Shown: positions 7,268-10,087 of the stretch, piece by piece
Layout: every line of letters starts with the position of its first letter
How positions within the stretch are numbered: position 1 is the first letter of the stretch
Assembly: GCA_044359815.1 (NCBI GenBank)
Contig: JBIKLL010000087.1
Span: 1-10,087 of the forward strand
Length of the DNA: 10,087 bases
Reading direction: 5' to 3'
From: Pseudobdellovibrionaceae bacterium
GTDB lineage: Bacteria > Bdellovibrionota > Bdellovibrionia > Bdellovibrionales > Bdellovibrionaceae
The notes under the pieces: generated by a model
What the model was told of the DNA's origin: nothing
What the model saw: only the letters and a program-made list of their open reading frames with translations
Database searches by the model: none
Program-made: the position numbers and the translations under genes

Positions 7268-7681
7268 TTAGTAATCTATCAGATTCTGATTCAGAATTTC
7301 TGTGATTTGATCTGGCTTCAGATTTTCGCCAGTGGCCAGTGGGCTGCGGGTAAGCTTTTGTTCAATGCGAGAATTCATAAATTTTATAGAATAAATTAAA
7401 ATCAGCGAAAATACCAATCCAGCCCAACTCATAAAGGTCAACATGGTTGCCGCCAATAAATAGTTTTTCATGCCCTTTTCAGGCTTTTTATCACTGATTG
7501 AAACCAGTTTGTTTAAATCGCGGGACCAATACCGATCAATTTGGGCCAATTGTCTTTGCACAGCATTTAATTTGGTCGAATTACTTGGCGACAGAAAATA
7601 TAAAACCCACAATGCGGCTGTGGGAATCACCCCCGCCACGTAAAATACAACTTCTGAGACTAACAAAACGTTTGTTTGCAT
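7268..7681 (-). CDS. Hypothetical small membrane protein (about 137 aa, 2-3 TM segments)
   Basis: ATG at 7681 with AGGGA about 7 nt upstream. Hydrophobic stretches VVFYVAGVIPTAALWVLYFL and YLLAATMLTFMSWAGLVFSLILIYSI. The ORF fills the gap between DoxX and the hydrolase. Confidence 0.7.
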   Translation of the reverse strand: MQTNVLLVSEVVFYVAGVIPTAALWVLYFLSPSNSTKLNAVQRQLAQIDRYWSRDLNKLVSISDKKPEKGMKNYLLAATMLTFMSWAGLVFSLILIYSIKFMNSRIEQKLTRSPLATGENLKPDQITEILNQNLIDY

Positions 7682-7728
7682 AAAAAAATTCCCTGAACCC
7701 TTTTTTATCAGCAGTTTAAATATTTGCA

Positions 7729-7760
7729 ATCAGGCAATTTATGCTCAACAGATGCCTGAT
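7729..7760. repeat. Perfect 8-bp inverted repeat with 16-nt spacer in a divergent intergenic region
   Basis: ATCAGGCA (7729-7736) and TGCCTGAT (7753-7760). Confidence 0.5.
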
Positions 7761-7810
7761 CCTTTGCTACAAAGTTTCCAAATGAAAGCTTCACGAAAGG
7801 AAATCAACCA

Positions 7811-8971
7811 GTGCTGGCATTACTGTTATCATTAAATTTATTTGCAGATCTGAAAGTGATTCCCTCTGACCTTAAAAAATGGGAATGGCACCAGTCAACC
7901 CTATTAGGTGGCTTTGTTAAACCTGAAAACGACCTGTCCATCGAAAGGTCCGTTCAAGGTCCTAATGGCCCTTTGAAAGTCCGCATCTGGAAAACCCAAG
8001 ACAGCAAAGGGCTATACGTTTTGATACCAGGAACTGGAGCCGATGCTGATTCTGGTAATGCCGGCGTGTTGGCCGAGACCATTTACAAAAACGGTTTTGA
8101 TGTTTTGATTTTGGCCAACCCTTTTGTTGTGGATTTTCAAAATTCATTTTCCAGCGATGGTTTGATTGGATTTCCACAAAAAGATAAACCTGATATTTAT
8201 AATATGATTTTCACAGCACTGAATCAATTTAGTACGGAGTTTGGAGAACCCAAATCCTTGAACATCACTGGATTTTCGCTGGGTGGATTTTATGTTGAAA
8301 TGCTAAGGCCCGAATTAAGCCGCATTGGCTTTAAGAAATTCATCGCTTTGAATCCTCCCTTAAATTTTTCACATGCCATGCATCAATTGGACGAACTGAT
8401 TCGTATCAGAATGGATGAAGACCCTTCGCTATTAGATTTGTTGGATCAATTGATTCCGTTGTTTAGACTGGTCAGAAAAGGCCTCAACAAGATTAACTTG
8501 CTGCTGCTCAAAGAACGCATTGGTGACAACGAAGATCAAAATAAATATTTGATCGGCAGATCCTTTCAGAGTGTTTTAAAACGAATCTTAGAGGAAACTG
8601 TCAAACGCGAGCCCTTCAGATCTGAGTACCGTGGTACAAGGATTTTATTGAACAAAGACTACATAACCTTTTCGAAATTTTTGGGCTACGTTGGCGTAGT
8701 GGTGGGTGTGCAAGAACCGCTTAAGGGAAAAACCCTAGCTGATCTGGTTGAAGAATTGGATCTTATCGAAATGATCAATCAAAATGGAAATTCTGAAAAT
8801 CTGTATGTTTTTACTAATGGCGATGATTTTTTAAATACAAAAAAACAGCTCAAATCCCTAGTGCAAAATCGCAGTGTTAAAACCTTTGTGTTTAAAGACG
8901 GCGGGCATTGCGGAAATTATTGGACCCCTAGCTTTATCAAAGAATTCGGAAGGGTTTTGAGCGCTCCTTAA
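7811..8971 (+). CDS. Probably secreted alpha/beta-fold hydrolase (lipase/esterase-like)
   Basis: GTG start with AAGGA upstream and a short signal peptide (MLALLLSLNLFA). Oxyanion LIPGTG, nucleophile elbow GFS156LGG, acid in NGDD339F and His in GGH366CGN. Confidence 0.85.
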   Translation: MLALLLSLNLFADLKVIPSDLKKWEWHQSTLLGGFVKPENDLSIERSVQGPNGPLKVRIWKTQDSKGLYVLIPGTGADADSGNAGVLAETIYKNGFDVLILANPFVVDFQNSFSSDGLIGFPQKDKPDIYNMIFTALNQFSTEFGEPKSLNITGFSLGGFYVEMLRPELSRIGFKKFIALNPPLNFSHAMHQLDELIRIRMDEDPSLLDLLDQLIPLFRLVRKGLNKINLLLLKERIGDNEDQNKYLIGRSFQSVLKRILEETVKREPFRSEYRGTRILLNKDYITFSKFLGYVGVVVGVQEPLKGKTLADLVEELDLIEMINQNGNSENLYVFTNGDDFLNTKKQLKSLVQNRSVKTFVFKDGGHCGNYWTPSFIKEFGRVLSAP

Positions 8972-9498
8972 GAGCCCTTGTCCTCGTCGCGTTTTTTTTC
9001 TTTGATAATTTTATTTTGATAAGCAATGTCGCCAAAATGTTTTTTTGCGGCCTGGTTGTAGGCCAGAGCTGCGTCGTCTTCGTCATCAAAATTTCCCAGA
9101 TTGATGGCTTTGCCGTTGACCTCGATACCGGCACGCCATTTTTTTTCTTTGGCTGAAAACGAAACCCCTCTGTACTGCGAAGATTTGTGTTTGCGATTTT
9201 TAGGCAGCAGTCTTTGACGGTCTTTTAAAGTGCAGACGATTAAATTGTCTTTTCGATAATCCAAACCATCGTTAAAACGCCTAGGGTAAACCTGCATCCC
9301 AGTTTCGGGCTTCATTAAAAACTTGCCCAGAGTCATGGTTTTGACTTTGCCCTTTTCTCGGTACGAAGTCACAACTCTGATTCTGCCAGTGGTTCCTTTG
9401 GTGACTCGCCAACTGTGTTGATTCACCCTATCAAAATCTTCTTCGTCAATTTTGACTTTCATATTTGGATGCACATCTAACCAGCGCCACTTTTTCAT
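8968..9498 (-). CDS. AP2/ERF DNA-binding domain protein with a degenerate N-terminal HNH-like region (about 176 aa)
   Basis: ATG 9498 with GAGGA 7 nt upstream. AP2 domain SQYRGVS....KKWRAGI...GK.INLG.F..E.DAA.AYN.AA...FG. The N-terminal part (IDEEDF..V..HSW, LDYRK.NL) resembles phage HNH-AP2 endonucleases. Confidence 0.85.
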   Translation of the reverse strand: MKKWRWLDVHPNMKVKIDEEDFDRVNQHSWRVTKGTTGRIRVVTSYREKGKVKTMTLGKFLMKPETGMQVYPRRFNDGLDYRKDNLIVCTLKDRQRLLPKNRKHKSSQYRGVSFSAKEKKWRAGIEVNGKAINLGNFDDEDDAALAYNQAAKKHFGDIAYQNKIIKEKKRDEDKGS

Positions 9499-9533
9499 TG
9501 TCTTTTCCTCAGGTATAAATAAACTCAATAAAT

Positions 9534-10028
9534 ATGAAAAAACTCATACTCACATCCATTTTATTATTGGTAAGTTCCCCTGTTTTTGCAAATCTATTGA
9601 TTGAACCCTACATCGGATACAACCGAGGACAACACGGCGGAAGTCGAGGTCAAGGATTGGGATACGGAGCCCGCTTTGGTGCCGAATTCACAGAGGCGTT
9701 TTTAGCGGCTGACATCGGCCTAGCAGACATTCAGTTAAGCAACAGCACCAGTGCCAAGTACACTGACATTGGCGCGGCCTTTGGGCTGAAGAGCTCCAAT
9801 GTGCGCTTTTGGTTTGGGTATGCGTTTTCTGCTCAGGCTGTCGTCGGAAACTCTACTGACAAAGGCTCTGGGATTAAAATAGGCATCGGCATCCCCATTG
9901 CTTCAAAAGTTTATTTTAATACCGAAGTCAAAACCTACGACTACACAGAAACTACTACAGGATCGACAACAGTTTCCAACACCACCTACGGTACCTATGG
10001 CATGTTTGGACTGAGTATGGTTTTTTAG
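9534..10028 (+). CDS. Small (about 8-stranded) outer-membrane beta-barrel protein
   Basis: Signal peptide MKKLILTSILLLVSSPVFA. Strands IEPYIGY, GYGARFG, GIKIGIG and VYFNTEV, ending in a C-terminal GLSMVF. Confidence 0.8.
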   Translation: MKKLILTSILLLVSSPVFANLLIEPYIGYNRGQHGGSRGQGLGYGARFGAEFTEAFLAADIGLADIQLSNSTSAKYTDIGAAFGLKSSNVRFWFGYAFSAQAVVGNSTDKGSGIKIGIGIPIASKVYFNTEVKTYDYTETTTGSTTVSNTTYGTYGMFGLSMVF

Positions 10029-10035
10029 TTTTAAG

Positions 10036-10087
10036 ATGTGCTTTGCCTACACACTCAGAACCAAAATTGAAAAACTGGATCTGCCAT
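10036..10087 (+). CDS. Partial ORF running off the window, possibly SOS response-associated peptidase (SRAP/YedK) family
   Basis: ATG 7 nt after the OMP stop translates as MCFAYTLRTKIEKLDLP. The Met-Cys2 start resembles the MCGRYTL N-terminus of SRAP proteins. Only 17 codons are visible. Confidence 0.35.
   Translation, partial: MCFAYTLRTKIEKLDLP

Noticed and set aside
6962..7683. Plus-strand ORFs 6962-7399 and 7498-7683
   Set aside because: One is an alternative frame of DoxX and both run antisense to the membrane hypothetical. Neither has family motifs.
7741..7760. Sigma54 promoter on the minus strand (AGGCAT-N5-GAGCA)
   Set aside because: The GG-N10-GC spacing fits, but the conserved TTGC is not matched, so it is too weak to call.
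7962..9134. Minus-strand ORFs 7962-8177 and 8937-9134
   Set aside because: The first is antisense to the hydrolase and the second is an alternative frame of the AP2 gene.
8968..9498. Active homing endonuclease or prophage remnant
   Set aside because: The HNH catalytic residues are absent and there are no flanking phage, intron or integrase genes.

Overview
This is a compact, AT-rich bacterial window whose gene style suggests Bdellovibrionota (inference only). The left two-thirds is a urate-catabolism locus. It contains a 5'-truncated cytochrome-c urate hydroxylase (puuD, +) that converges on a minus-strand operon: beta-barrel outer-membrane protein, then HIU hydrolase (uraH), then a 1497-aa four-domain polyprotein. 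The polyprotein fuses malate synthase A, OHCU decarboxylase, a beta-lactamase-fold serine hydrolase and allantoicase in one reading frame. The serine hydrolase sits between the domain that makes allantoin and the domain that consumes allantoate, and no canonical allantoinase is in the window, so it is a candidate for a new class of allantoinase. The right third holds a DoxX membrane protein, a small membrane hypothetical, a probably secreted alpha/beta hydrolase, an AP2-domain protein with a catalytically dead HNH-like region, a small beta-barrel OMP and the possible start of a SRAP-family gene. No RNA genes, CRISPR arrays or IS elements were seen.
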